From Octopus vulgaris (taxonomy: Eukaryota): a DNA stretch of 64,000 bases. Location: contig OX597826.1 in NCBI GenBank assembly GCA_951406725.2, positions 31,062,001 through 31,126,000 on the forward strand. The letters are read 5' to 3'. The position numbers were made by a program, and so were the translations under genes. Each line of letters opens with the position of its first letter. The first letter of the stretch is position 1. The notes under the pieces were generated by a model that did no database searches, was not told where the DNA came from, and worked only from the letters and a program-made list of their open reading frames with translations. Below, piece after piece: positions 42,919-56,289 of this stretch.

Positions 42919-43427
42919 ATTCTTCAATTATAAATAATTGCGTCTCAATTATTAATAATTGTGTATTAAATTTGAAGGCACTAGAAGACATCACCTCAAC
43001 TCATGGTATCAGAGCGAACGTAAGTCCTGCCAGTACCGCCAAATTTAAAGGGTGAAAGAAAGTAAGTCACCTCCCCCTGTCCACCAGCGTGTTGCCAAAA
43101 TATGATGCTACAGTTTTTTACTGGGAGGAAATACAATTATCAATAATAATAAAGGGTGAAATTAATTAATTTAGAAATAATCATTAATTTCACCAAGTAG
43201 AGTTCGGCATGTAAAAGACCCATTCAAGGAAGGTTTAAGTAATACTAAGTAATTAAGGGTTCAGCAACGATTTGCCTCACCACACACCGAATTTAGAAAT
43301 AGCAGTCAAAAAGTTTTGGCTATTCTTTCTACTTAAAAGGGAGATCCCAGTAAAACCAAAGCACTTAAAAAACAAACAACGCAGGTAAAAGAGAAAGAAA
43401 TGACGAAAATCATTCTATATTAAGTTA

Positions 43428-43518
43428 CCTGCGGACGCACGTTTCGTAATTAAGTCATTGTAGAGCATAAAAAATAAATAATTATGTCTTACCTGACTAT
43501 TTTCCTCCTCAGCGTAGG
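43428..43518 (-). ncRNA. Type-I hammerhead ribozyme, second copy
   Basis: CCUACG-CUGAGGA-GGAA...UUAC-GAAAC-GUGC-GUC^CGCAGG; one mismatch each in stems I and II. Confidence 0.82.
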
Positions 43519-43547
43519 ATTCTTCAATTATAAATAATTGCGTCTCA

Positions 43548-45024
43548 TAGGTTAGCAACTAAGTTCCCGCCATTTTTTGTTTAAATTTTTTAAAGGTTTA
43601 ATAAAAATAAACAACTAATTATGCAATAATGTATTCACCCTTGTTGTTTACAACTCCTTCCCAACGTTGAACAAGATTTACAGCACCTCGTTGGTAGAAA
43701 TCACCCGATTTCGACTCGAAAAATTGATCCAACGAAGCTCTCAATTCTGCATCTGAATTGAACGAAACTCCGCGCATAGCATTTGAAAGAGATCGAAAGA
43801 GTTGAAAATCTGTTGGTGGTATAGCGGTTTTTATTTATTTACCTTAAGCTTTCTCTTAGGTTATATTATTTTATTTGTCTTTTCTCTGAGTAAGGGAGAA
43901 TATAATGATTCAACGTCACTTATACTAAAGTGTTATCATTATACCTAAAAACCCTAACTACAGTTATAACGTCATATAGACATAAACGCATGGAACGCTA
44001 TATTAATGACATGTATGTTGAATATTTTAATCGTACCCTTAAAACCGCTATAAGAAACATAAATCAATATTTATCTATGCTCAGTTGAAATGCATATTTA
44101 TCTATGCTCAGTTGAAAAACAAACGTGAAGAGAAACATTTTCTTTTTAATTATTTTTTATTATATAAATATAACATTTTATATTATTTACAGTAAGAAAG
44201 ATAACTTTGTCGTGAAGAAAAACGACTATAAATTCCTTAACTAATTTCTTCTTTCTATCTAATACATTAACCAACAAATCAAAATAGATTTGTGATTAAC
44301 TTAGACATGGCATAAAAATTACCGATGTCTCCAAAAGAGTGAGTGACGTGGAGTTATGTGACACCAACGAACACTGATATATTTTCCAAAATCCAGGGTT
44401 TTTATAACTGCTCAACTTGACTTAAAAAGAATCGAAATCCCTGACAAATATTCGTTTCGAAACTTCTAGAATCTTTATATGAGCAGTTATATTAACCAAT
44501 GGAAAAAAACCAAAATGATAATTCTTCGGCAATACGACATTACGTCATATTTCCAATTCGCACCACATTTCAAAATGGCTAAAATGGTTATTGCTACAGT
44601 GGCAAATCAGGAGAGCACGGCGGGTGAGGCAACACTTCCCAGCCATGCATTTGAATGGCTTTCTTGGTCATCTTGGCGATATGAGGGCAGGCGTTGTCGT
44701 GCAGCAGAAGAACTCCATGCTGACGATTAGGTCTTTTCTCTTTGAGGTCAAAGTTTCCATTTTTGGCAAAAACGAGCGATTCTTTCAACTATGGCAACCT
44801 CTCCATACACAGCACAAATGTCGTAAGCAGCTTTTGCGGCCTTAGAACCTTGATTAAAAGCAACAAGGTGTCGAAAATGCACGTTTTTCTTAACTTGACA
44901 TTCCATTTTAATGATCTGGAAATAAACAAAAATTAACTAGAAAAAAAACAAAATAGATTCCAAAATTTAAAAACGCAATAAATTCTAAAATTTAAAAAAA
45001 CCACGGGAACTTAGTTGCCAACCC

Positions 45025-45027
<3 letters not shown>
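43548..45027 (-). mobile_element. mariner internal-deletion derivative with TIRs
   Basis: TIRs GGTT(A/G)GCAACTAAGTTCCCG with TA flanks; N-terminus MECQVKKN.HFRH...NGNFDLK fused to LLHDNACPH...PCSPDL|PPTDFQLFRSL...RWEGVVNNKGEYII. Confidence 0.9.
43820..44598. mobile_element. 779-bp solo-LTR-like insertion with a 4-bp TSD
   Basis: Termini TATAGC...GCTACA (TG..CA-like); GTGG duplicated at 43816-43819 and 44599-44602; removing it restores the mariner frame. Confidence 0.75.
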
Positions 45028-45082
<55 letters not shown>

Positions 45083-46138
45083 GTAGGGCTTCGGTTACAA
45101 ACTACTGTGATATTGAGTCATGTCACACCCCTGCTTAACGCTATGGTTTCAAATCCCGCCGGCTGCTGATTTATGCTCTCTGCAAAGGGATTGAAATTGC
45201 ACAATTGAATACTTATCGTCGAAGCAAACGAAAGTCCTTTACTGAATCATAGGTTGCCTAAACCCAAACAATAGCAACAACGACAAAAATATCAACAACG
45301 ACAACAACAATATCAACAACAATTGTATTCATTCATAAGTTTGACTCATTTCACACATTTTTCCTCTTAATTTCGAGACTGAATTACTGTTCACAAACAG
45401 GAAAAGAGATTTCTTTTTCTCTCTTTTTATTTGTTTATGTTTGTTCTTTTCTTTTTCTGTGATTTATTTAAATTAGTCATATTCTTTGCTTGTTTTTGTT
45501 CGGACGTGGAGTGGGGTGCCTTTTTTGTGGTGGCAAGGGGTCACCTCATTTATAACAATTATTTCTTATTCGAAAGCCCGAACCACAATTTTACAACCAA
45601 TCAACCTCAGTCACCTGAAATCAACCGGTCTGTTTCCCTCATATTTTAGATTCATTTTCTATCAAAGATCACTCCTTTATCCGCCTTTGTCTGTGCAATT
45701 TAGTCTTTTGTAGTCGCTGTTGTGGCTGTTGTTATTCTTGTTGTCGTTGTTGTTGTTGTTGTTGATGTTGTACGCAACAGTGTTACCATTGTTGTTGATG
45801 ATGATGTTGACAGTGTTGCTGTGTAATTGGTATCAATACACATTAAAGATAATACCACAAGCTTCAACTATTCAACCTCAGTCACCTTGAAACAAACGAG
45901 CGGTTGCTTAGCTCACAAACGTCAATTTATCAAAACGTTAATGGCTGCCAATAAGGAAAAAATATGGCGACACAGTGACATCTGTTTGTCACCGTACCTC
46001 ATATAAACCAGACTGGTTAAGCTTGTTTGAAGCCTCATGAATATAAATCTCCGACTTTAAAGACACAAGTGTGTTTGAATATCATTTGTTTTCTTCTTCT
46101 TCTTCTTCTTCTGCTTATTATTATTATTATTATTATTA

Positions 46139-46372
46139 ATAAGGCGGCGAGCTAGCAGAATCGTTAGTGCGCCGGACGAGATGCTTAGCGGCAATTCGTC
46201 CGTCTTTACGCTCTGGGTTAAAAATCCGCCGAAATCGACTTTACCTTTGAACCTTTCGGGGTCGATAAATTAAGTACCAGTTACATACTGGGGTCGATGC
46301 CATTGACTATCCCCCTCCCCACAAATTCCAGGTCTCGTGTCTATAGTAAAAAGGATTATTATTATTATTATT

Positions 46373-46426
<54 letters not shown>

Positions 46427-46642
46427 CCTTTTTACTATAGACACGAGACCTGGAATTTGTGGGGAGGGGGATAGTCAATGGCATCGACCCCAGTATGTAA
46501 CTGGTACTTAATTTATCGACCCCGAAAGGTTCAAAGGTAAAGTCGATTTCGGCGGATTTTTAACCCAGAGCGTAAAGACGGACGAATTGCCGCTAAGCAT
46601 CTCGTCCGGCGCACTAACGATTCTGCTAGCTCGCCGCCTTAT
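46139..46642. repeat. Tail-to-tail palindrome of a SINE family A copy
   Basis: 46141-46355 and 46425-46640 read as exact reverse complements, including private substitutions; (TAT)n/(ATA)n centre. Confidence 0.95.
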
Positions 46643-46664
46643 GATAATAACAATAATAATAATA

Positions 46665-46705
<41 letters not shown>

Positions 46706-46727
46706 GTGCAGTAGTTTCTTTTGTTGA

Positions 46728-46955
46728 TAGGGCAGTAGATTAACCAAATTGTTAGCGAGTCGGATAAAATACTTAGCGCCATTTCTTCCGGCTTGTTAAA
46801 TTCTGGGGTCAAATGCTGCCTCGGTCGACTATACCTTTCATCCTTTCAGGGTCGATAAAATAAGTACCAGTTAAACACTGGGGTCGATGTAATTGATTCA
46901 GCCCCATCCATAAAATTTCAGGCTTTGTCCTTGTGACTGTAGTACAACGGATCAT
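46728..46955 (+). mobile_element. SINE family A, older copy
   Basis: CCTTTCATCCTTTCAGGGTCGATAAAATAAGTACCAGTT. Confidence 0.75.
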
Positions 46956-46984
46956 TTTTGTTGTTGCTGTTGTTGTTGTTGTTG

Positions 46985-47021
<37 letters not shown>

Positions 47022-47749
47022 TCGTTTTGTGTTCTGCTTTATTTTAACACTTTTTATTTCAGGCGATAATGGGTTCTGTGTGTGTGTGTGTGTGTGTGCT
47101 TTTCCTCGGTCCAGATTGGCATCGTGCGTTTCAAGTCCCTTCATCACGTGAATGACGAATGACGTTTGATCGACAAACAGATTTATTTCTTTCTCTAAAA
47201 TAAATAGCGAAAAATATGGAATTGTTGTTTCGTGACTCTTATTGCTGTTGTTTATTTTGCCCATTTGTTCCCGAACTTTGATTCTTCTGACATATAGCAC
47301 CACATTTTAGCTTTTATCATTTTTTTTTATCTTTTTAGACATAAAGGTGATTATTGGATATCGAATTCTGATCTGTATGTCACTACGAAGATCGATTGTC
47401 GTGTTTTTATTTGTGTAGGAGCATTGTAAAGGGAAACACTGCCCTGTCGGCTAATGTTTTATTTTCTGACATGTTTCGGATTGTGTTGTGCTTCGTAACA
47501 CTTTTTGTTTAGCTTTGGGAGTTTCTGTTTTGGGTTTTTTTCATTTTTTTTTTTCAATATTTCCTTATAGTTGCATTGTCATGCGACGTGACAGCATAGT
47601 ACAAGTATGTTTAATGTGACAATTAAATTCATACGGCATATAACTGACAATGAATGATTATATTTACATTAGGAGAGTTAGCTTACGAACTACTAACTAC
47701 TAGTAATACTCAGCGTTAGCGCTTGAAAAAGTCAGCCTCTTATCCCTTA

Positions 47750-47962
47750 GTTACTCTTTTACTCTTTTACTTGTTTCAGTTATTTGACTGCGGCCATGCT
47801 GGAGCACCGCCTTTAGTCGAGCAAATCGACCCCAGGAGTTTTTCTTTGTAAGCCTAGTTCTTATACTATCGGTCTATTTTGCCGAACCGCTAAGTTACGG
47901 GGACGTAGACACAGCAGAATCGGTTGTCAAGCGATGTTGGGGGGACAAACACAGACACACAA

Positions 47963-48049
<87 letters not shown>

Positions 48050-48205
48050 CATGACAGGCTTCTTTCATTTTCCGTCTACCAAATCCACTCACAGGGCTTT
48101 GGTCGGCCCGAGGCTATGCAGAAAACACTTGCCCAATATGCCACGCAGTGGAAATGAACCTGGAACCATGTAGTTGGTAAGCAATCTACTTACCACACAG
48201 CCACT
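47750..48205 (-). mobile_element. SINE family B, full length
   Basis: Head, internal (CA)n(TA)n and tail. Confidence 0.88.
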
Positions 48206-50009
48206 CGTTTCGTAAAAGAAAAAACTGTGATATTTCAGATACGTTTTTAGTACGATGAAGACTGTAGTATTTCTAAAGCCCTGTTTTAAGGTGTATATTT
48301 TATTTCTAAAATTCGATGCCAATGATAAACGCTCCAAAACCACGCACTACTCGATATAAGAAAGAAAAAAAAACATTTGGCATTAGTAGTAAGCAGGAAA
48401 GATCACAACAACATTATTTTGGTTTTTCTACAAAGTTCATAATGAAGCAACCAGAGCTATCAGTTTAAATATCATAGGCGACGATGTTTGGTTGGTAGAT
48501 GTCATGTTTCTTCTGTGTTATATTTATGACAAGAGACAAATGAGTTACAGCTGAATTTTTAGTTGTTTTCAACGCAGCACATCTGATGTGTCAGAGAAGT
48601 GAGCTGCGTTGTTGAATAGTGACGTCGTCACCAAACTTTTAAAACTGGGAAAAATAACTTTCGAAAAACATCGGCAACGATAGTTTTTTGGGGTTCTTTT
48701 TTTTTTTCCTTACATTTTGACATTGCATACGTTTGGCAATTCAATAAATACAAACCTGTCTTCATACAATTCTTTATTGCTATTATTAATAAGAAAAAAA
48801 GGCGGTGAATTAGCAGAATTGTTAGCACGACAGACAAAATGCTTAACGGCGTTTATTTCGGTTTCATATTCTCAGTACAAATTTCTCCAAGACCGACTTT
48901 ACCTGTCATCCCTCAAAATTTCAGGCTTTGTGTCGATTATAGAAAGGAATATTATGATTATCATTTTTTAACGAAATGCTTACAAATAATATTTTTTCAT
49001 TATATATTTCAGAGAAATTTCTCTGAAGTTAAAAGACACGAAACTCGGTTTGTAGAACGTGGCTTCATTTTCTGGAGGTTTGTTCCATTTACCATTTTCA
49101 GAAACAGAACAATGATATTGAAACCTGAATAAATCTATAAGCTATTACATCTATTACCACTGAAGCAATAATTACCACAATATCAACTGTTACCCCAGGA
49201 CCAGTCACCATCCCAATAACTTCACCTGGGTCTTGGATTCTTTTAGCGGATTTCATTCTGTTGTAAGCATTCAAACTTGGACTCTGGTCGTAGGTTAACT
49301 CACTCCTTTCCTCTCATCAATGTCGGATGCCGTGAAGAGGTGGGTGATGATTGTTGCTGCCCCCGCCTTCACTAAATGGTAAAACAATCCCCGTAATTAT
49401 TTCAGTAGTAGTGCACATTAGTACGATAGGCAGATAATAGTATAGCAGCGACCATTGCTAGAATTACAATCATTACGACATCAAACAAGTATTATTAACA
49501 TTACGTTATTACTACGTAAATAGCTTTCACTGTTGGCAGTTAATCTCTATTATCCAGCTTCAATAAAGTATTACATGTTACCAGCCATTAACATAGTAAC
49601 CGCAATGTATCCTAAAACTTTATTAGAGAGAATTAACTAATTAATATGGTCTCGATTCTATCATAAAATATCCTTCAAATACTCAGACAAATTTTCGCGA
49701 TAAAATTTATTTACTCTGGATATACAAACAATAAATTTGGGATAATGTAGTGCTAATCATTCTAAAGTTGATACGGATTAAACTAGGTTTAGACCGTGAT
49801 CTTTACATTATTAGATCGTTAGAAGTGAAAATATCCAAATTGTTTTGAAACTGCTAAAAGTAGTTTCTTATGAGCGATGATGTATTGTATAAAATATAAT
49901 TATTTCCATAAAATATAATTGGAACCATAATAACAGCTATTAACAGCGGTAATGGCTGTTAACACACGACTGAAGTTATAATGGTAGCTATTATTATTAT
50001 AAGCGGTGA

Positions 50010-51025
50010 AGGCGGCGAGCAGGCATAATCGTTGGCAAGCCGGGGAAAATGCTTAGCGGCATTTCGTCCTGAGTTCAAATTCCACTGAGGTCGACTCTGC
50101 CTTTCACCCATTGAGGTCGATGAAATAAATACCAGTTAAGCCCTGGGGTCGATGTAATCGACTAGCCCCCTCCCCCAAAGTTTCAGGTTTTGCGCCTATA
50201 GTGGAAAGGCTTCTTACAACTAGTGGTGGGCTAGGCAATATGCTTAGCGGCATTTTGTCTGTCTTTACGTTCTGAGTTCAAATTCCGCCGAGGCCGACTT
50301 TACCTTTCATCCTTCCGGAGTCGATAAAATGAGTACCAGATGCGTACTGGGGTCGATGCAATCAACCTGCCCCTCCCGTCAGAAACTGCTGACCCTGTGT
50401 TAATGTTTGAAACCATTATTACGACAGTAGTAGCGGTTTGTATTTCTTCCAACTCTTAATGTTCTGAGATCAAATCTCACCGAAGTCGATTTTGCATTTC
50501 ATTTTTCAGGATCGATCAAAATAAAATACCAGTCAAATACCGGAATCGATATTATCGACAAACACATTCCTTTAAACTTTCTGGACTCATACCTAACGTA
50601 TTTTCCGGTATACGAGTCGAAATTTTCACTTAAAAACTCACAGCCAAAAAGATAAGTCGACTCATACGCCAATACGACTTTGGAAGAGCAAAAACTCCAT
50701 GTGAAATGCAGCAGAATTTGGAAAAATTGTGACGATATTTCAATGATTACATTCCATGTTTGTTCTATATATTACACCGACTTGTATGCCGGAAAACACG
50801 GTACCTCAGAAACCATTATTACAAGGGTAGCAGTTTGGCTGAATCATTAGCGCGTCGAACAAAATGCTTTGTGGTATTACTTCTGGTTCTTTGCATTCTA
50901 AGTTCAAATCCTGTCTATGTCAGATTTGCCTTTCATCTCACCGGGGATAAAAGAATCGGTTCAGAAACTGAATCAATACTATCGATTAACTTTCTTCCCC
51001 AAAATGTTTAGCCTTGTGCTCTTAA
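50010..51025 (+). mobile_element. Cluster of four same-orientation SINE family A copies
   Basis: Copies near 50010, 50225, 50440 and 50825. Confidence 0.78.
50596..50801. mobile_element. pogo-like MITE (~205 bp)
   Basis: TIRs CGTATTTTCCGGTATACGAGTCG / CGACTTGTATGCCGGAAAACACG, TA on both flanks. Confidence 0.78.
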
Positions 51026-51067
51026 CACAACAATATAATAGTAGCTCTTCTGAGCACCACCACCACC

Positions 51068-51100
<33 letters not shown>

Positions 51101-51737
51101 GCTGATGCTGCTGCTGCTGCTGCTGCTACTATATCATAGTAACAGAGAATATCACAATGGTAGTTATTGTGGTAATCACTTCATGGTGTGATTTAACCAA
51201 GATTTTGGCTGCTATTTCTTCGCTTTGAGGTCTCTTCATTGGTTCGATTGATATCAAAGAGTTTATTGTCGGTAAAAGAATATTTACATGAAGTAACATA
51301 ACTGGCTTGACTGGTAGCAGCTGTTAACTAGAAACAGTCAAGGAAGGATATTCTATACTAACAGCTTCCTGTTGAAAATTCGAAGTCTTTGTGATTCATT
51401 TCGACTACTAAGTCTCTAGTATGTAATGTAGGTGACCTGCGACCTAAGGTTAAATACAGAACATTATGAACGTGATTTAAAAGTAAACATATTTTGGTTC
51501 TAAAATTAATATAGTATTATATCAGATTTTCTTCAAACGGAGATATATGATTATTGCTGTATTCAAGTTAGATGCGTTTATCATCTTGTGCATGCATAAG
51601 TGTGTAACTTCGTGTGCATGTGTCTGTGTTTTTATGTGATGAGTTTTGAGAACTGCTATTCCAAATAAGAATTATTACACTTTCTCTTTGGACCAATGGT
51701 AGAGCTCCTGTCATGTCTACAGAAGTGGGTTCGAATA

Positions 51738-51972
51738 AGGCGGTGAGCTGGTAGAAACGTTAGCAACGCCGGGCGAAATACTTAGCAGTATTTCGTTTGT
51801 CTTTACATTCTGAGTTCAAATTCCTCCGAGGTCGACTTTGCCTTTCATCCTTGAGGGGTCGATTAAATAAGAACCAGTTAAGCACTGGAGCCGATGTAAT
51901 CGACATAATCCCTTTGTCTGTCCTTGTTTGCCCCGTCTATGTTTAGCCCCTTGTGGGCAATAAAGAAATAAG
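51738..51972 (+). mobile_element. SINE family A, full length
   Basis: Matches the 1926 and 11497 copies. Confidence 0.87.
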
Positions 51973-52306
51973 AAGTCGGTTCGTATTCGATATTTTTTGT
52001 ATCCATTCGACATTTTTTGTATCCAAAAATGTTTTACAAGCCAATATTTAAATACTTTTCTTCATAGCTGTATTTGATTGGCTTCGAGAACTACTTTTCT
52101 CTGACCAATAAAAAATAAATTATTTCACCAATTCTCGAAAGTTTACGACCTTGTTATGACGTCAACAATATGTATATATACACGTATTAAACATCAGTAT
52201 AGTCATATATTCATACAAAGGTGTGTGTATTTATACAAACATGAATATCTTTAAGTACACATAGTGTATAAAGGAATGTGTGTTAATATACAGCTGTATA
52301 TGCATA

Positions 52307-52356
<50 letters not shown>

Positions 52357-52393
52357 TATAAATACATACAAGCGTGTATAGATAAATAGACAT

Positions 52394-52424
<31 letters not shown>

Positions 52425-52505
52425 TACATGCATATATATACATATATATTCATACATACATCCAAACATATTTACATAGACGCATATGTCTATATATACA
52501 TATAA

Positions 52506-52552
<47 letters not shown>

Positions 52553-53684
52553 TATGTGTGTGTGTGTGTGTGTGTGTGTATACGTATAAACGCATACATA
52601 TGTATGTACATCTAAATGCACACCAATATATATGTGCACGGATTCAAATATATATATAATATACATAACTTGTGTATGCATGTATGCATACGTACGTACA
52701 TGCAAGCATAAAAACAGTGTCTCCAGTTAGAGATGCTGTTATTCCTTGTTACTATGGTTACAGATAAGGTGGTAGCTGGTAGATTTAGTGTTCATAGTAG
52801 CTAGTATTATTGATATAGTTGTGTTAAATAGTAGAGGGCCAGAAATTTTGGTGAAGGAGGTCAATCGATACTATTGACTCCGTTACTGGACTGATCCTTT
52901 CCTTCCCTGCGAGATGAAAGGCAAAGATGGCCAGGATGAGGTTTGAACTTAAAACGCTGAGCCGGAAGAAATACCGCAAATCACTTTGTCTGATGCTGTA
53001 ATGATTCCGCCAAGATACTGCTCTTACTAATATACATGCATATACATGCAAGCAGACATACACACACACACACATACACATACACACACACATACATGCA
53101 AGCACACACACATGCATACACTCATGCATATATACATACACTCATACATACGTACAGTAATACATACATACACAGTCATACATACATATATACATACATA
53201 CACATACATACACACATGCATACACACGCACATCCAGTCACACACACATACATACATACATACACACATACATACATACATACATACATACACACATACA
53301 CATACGCACGCACGCACGCACGCACACACACATACACACACACATACATACATACATACATACATACATACATACATACATACATACATACATACATACA
53401 TACATACATACATACATACATACATACATACATACATACATACATACATACATACATACATGAAGACATAGCAACATTATCTCCTGTTGGATCATTCACA
53501 ATTAAGTGAGGCCAATGGTCGTCGAAATGTTGAAATCATCCTCACCATTTTTCACAGAAAATAAACACTTTCTTTAAGAATAAAGTGTTTCTGCAGTTAA
53601 AGTTTAAATGCTTCTATGCATATTGATATGCCACAAACGTACACACACACATTCACACACAATCACACTCATCGATATATCGTC

Positions 53685-54040
53685 GTGGTACTCCGTCGGT
53701 TGCGACGACGAGGGTTCCAGTTGATCCGATCAACGGAACAGCCCGCTCCTGAAATTATCGTGCAAGTGGCTGAGCACTCCACAGACACGTCGTTCTCGGG
53801 GAGATTCAGCGTAACACAGAGTGGGATAACACTGGCCCTTTGAAATACAGGTACAACAGAAACAGGAAGAAAAAGCGAGAGAAAGTTGTGGTGAAAGAAT
53901 GCAGCAGGGGTCGCCACCAACCCCTGCCGTAGCTTGGTGGAGCTTTAGGTGTTTTCGCTCAATAGACACTCACAACGCCTAGTCTGGAGATCCTACGACC
54001 GCGAGTCCGCTGCCTTAACACTGGACCCTTGCACCTCCAC
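53685..54040 (-). mobile_element. SINE family C
   Basis: Aligns with 28022-28405. Confidence 0.85.
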
Positions 54041-54044
54041 ATCA

Positions 54045-54077
<33 letters not shown>

Positions 54078-54492
54078 CGGCGGCGAGCTGGCAGAATCAT
54101 TAGCACGCCGGGCGAAATGCTTGGCGGTATTTCGTCTGCTGTTACGTTCTGCGTTCAAATTCCGCCGAGGCCCACTTTGCCTTTCATCCTTTCGGGATCG
54201 ATTAAATAAGTACCAGTTACGCACTGGGGTCGATATAATCGACTTCATCCGTTTGTTTGTCCTTGTTTGTCCTCTCTGTGTTTAGCCCCTTGTGGGTAGT
54301 AAAGAAATAGGTATTTCGTCTGCTGTTACATTCTGAGTTCAAATTCCGCCAAGGTCCACTTTACCTTTCATCCTCTCGGGATCGATTAAATAAGTACCAG
54401 TTATGCACTGGGGTCGATGTAATCGACTTAATCCGTTTGTCTGTCGTAGTTTGTCCCCTCTATGCTTAGCCTCCTGTGGGCAATAAAGAAAT
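54078..54492 (+). mobile_element. SINE family A with tandem 3' duplication
   Basis: Second unit restarts at GGTATTTCGTCTGC (54310), the same junction as at 17783. Confidence 0.87.
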
Positions 54493-55924
54493 GAATATAC
54501 ATACATAGTAGTCTTTATGCAGTGATTAATAAAACAAAGGCATCAACGCGAGTTTCATGCTGGAACGTTGTTGGTTATGTATTATATAAGCATAACTGTT
54601 ATCGCAGCGCCTACAGCTTACTTTCTGCAATAAACTATATTAAACTCTTTTATCGGTATACAAACATGATACGTACATGCATACATATATATTTTTTACA
54701 CACGTGCACACACACACACACGATTTTCAGCGCATCGTATCACCAAATTCGAGGTTCGATGTTCGTTTTCTAGTAAGCGTTGATAGAAAAGATGTTAAAA
54801 TAAACTGCAGTGACCAAACAGAATTGAAGTTGCATAACCCACACAAATATGCGTGTGTGTATATATATGCAAGTGTGTGGTGTGTATATGCAAATGTGTG
54901 CGCATATGTGTGTGTGCGTGCACGCGTTTATTATTAATATATATATAATATGTTAACCGCTGAATATTTCTGCTATTCGTTTCAAATGTTATGCTCTGTC
55001 GCTATAATGGCGATTGAGGATTTATTTAACTTTATAAATTACATGCGAGTCTGTAAGTGTAAGCACGTATGTGTGTGTGTGTGTATACATACATGCATAC
55101 ATACATACATACATACATACATACATACATACATACATACATACATACATACATACATACATACATACATACATACATGTATATACATATACACATATGA
55201 ATGTATGTATATATATATGTGTACATATATATATGTATATGTGTACATGTAATTATATCTATGTGTACAAAGAAAGAGATGAAGGAAAGACCATTTCTTT
55301 GTTTATTTAATTCGTTCTTGTCCCCTTGTCCCGCCCCATCCCACCTCCCATCATCATTCAATTTTTTCGATTGCCGACTCAATATTATTGCGAACGTCTT
55401 CAATCGTATTCATGTTATTGGACTCACTTACGTAATAAATACACACACATAGTGATAAATATATGTGTGTATCTATGTGAGTGTGTTTGTGTATGTGTGT
55501 ATACATATGCATATTTACACACGCCTAAAGTCGGCTGGGAGAAGAAAAAGAGTAATATAATAAAATTTACCAATAGTGAAATACCAAATGCTTAAAGAAG
55601 TAGAGTCTGATACCAATAAAACTATGAGGTTGTCCTTTGTAAATCATCTCAACTACAAAACGGTTGCTATTGCAATATAATTGAAATGGAGAGCTTTAAT
55701 ATAGCCATGAAAAACATCAGAAACCTGTAGTTTTAATAATACTTTTATCAGTCATGTATTGCCGATAATATAAAAAGAGGTATCTTAAAATAAGACGCTG
55801 CTTCTTGGAGTTAAATAAGATAATGATTGCTAAAGCAGGTAAACTAGAGAGGAAAGCATAGTCATAAATGGATGGTTTTTAGTAGAAAGTATGGTTTGAA
55901 CCAGAAAAGAACTGCTAGGCTGCA

Positions 55925-56280
55925 CTTGTTCTGAGTTCAAATCCAGCTGGTCACCTTTGCCTTTCGTTGTTTTCTGGGGGTCGACAAAACATGGTAACGG
56001 TTGGATTGATTACATCGACTATTCCCCTTCTCTTCAAATCTGTTAGCCTTATGCCCAGATCAGAAACCATCCTCATCAATATCATCATCATTTTACAAAA
56101 TACTTAAAGTGGTACCTTGCAGCATTTCTTCTGGTTCTTTACGTCCTGAGTTCAAATCCCGCTCAGATCAACTTTGCCTTTCATCCCTCAGCGAATGGTA
56201 CCACTGAAGCACCGGTGTCAATGGTATCGATTAATCCACCCCTGTCAATAATTGTTGACTTTGTGCTTAAATCAGAAGCC
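55925..56280 (+). mobile_element. Two old SINE family A copies
   Basis: GAGTTCAAATCC...TTTGCCTTTC motifs. Confidence 0.65.
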
Positions 56281-56289
56281 TTAATTTAA

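Noticed and set aside
45080-45170. Twister-ribozyme-like words (GGTTACAAAC, GAGTCA, TTAAC)
   Set aside because: P1, P2 and P4 stems and the pseudoknots could not be paired convincingly
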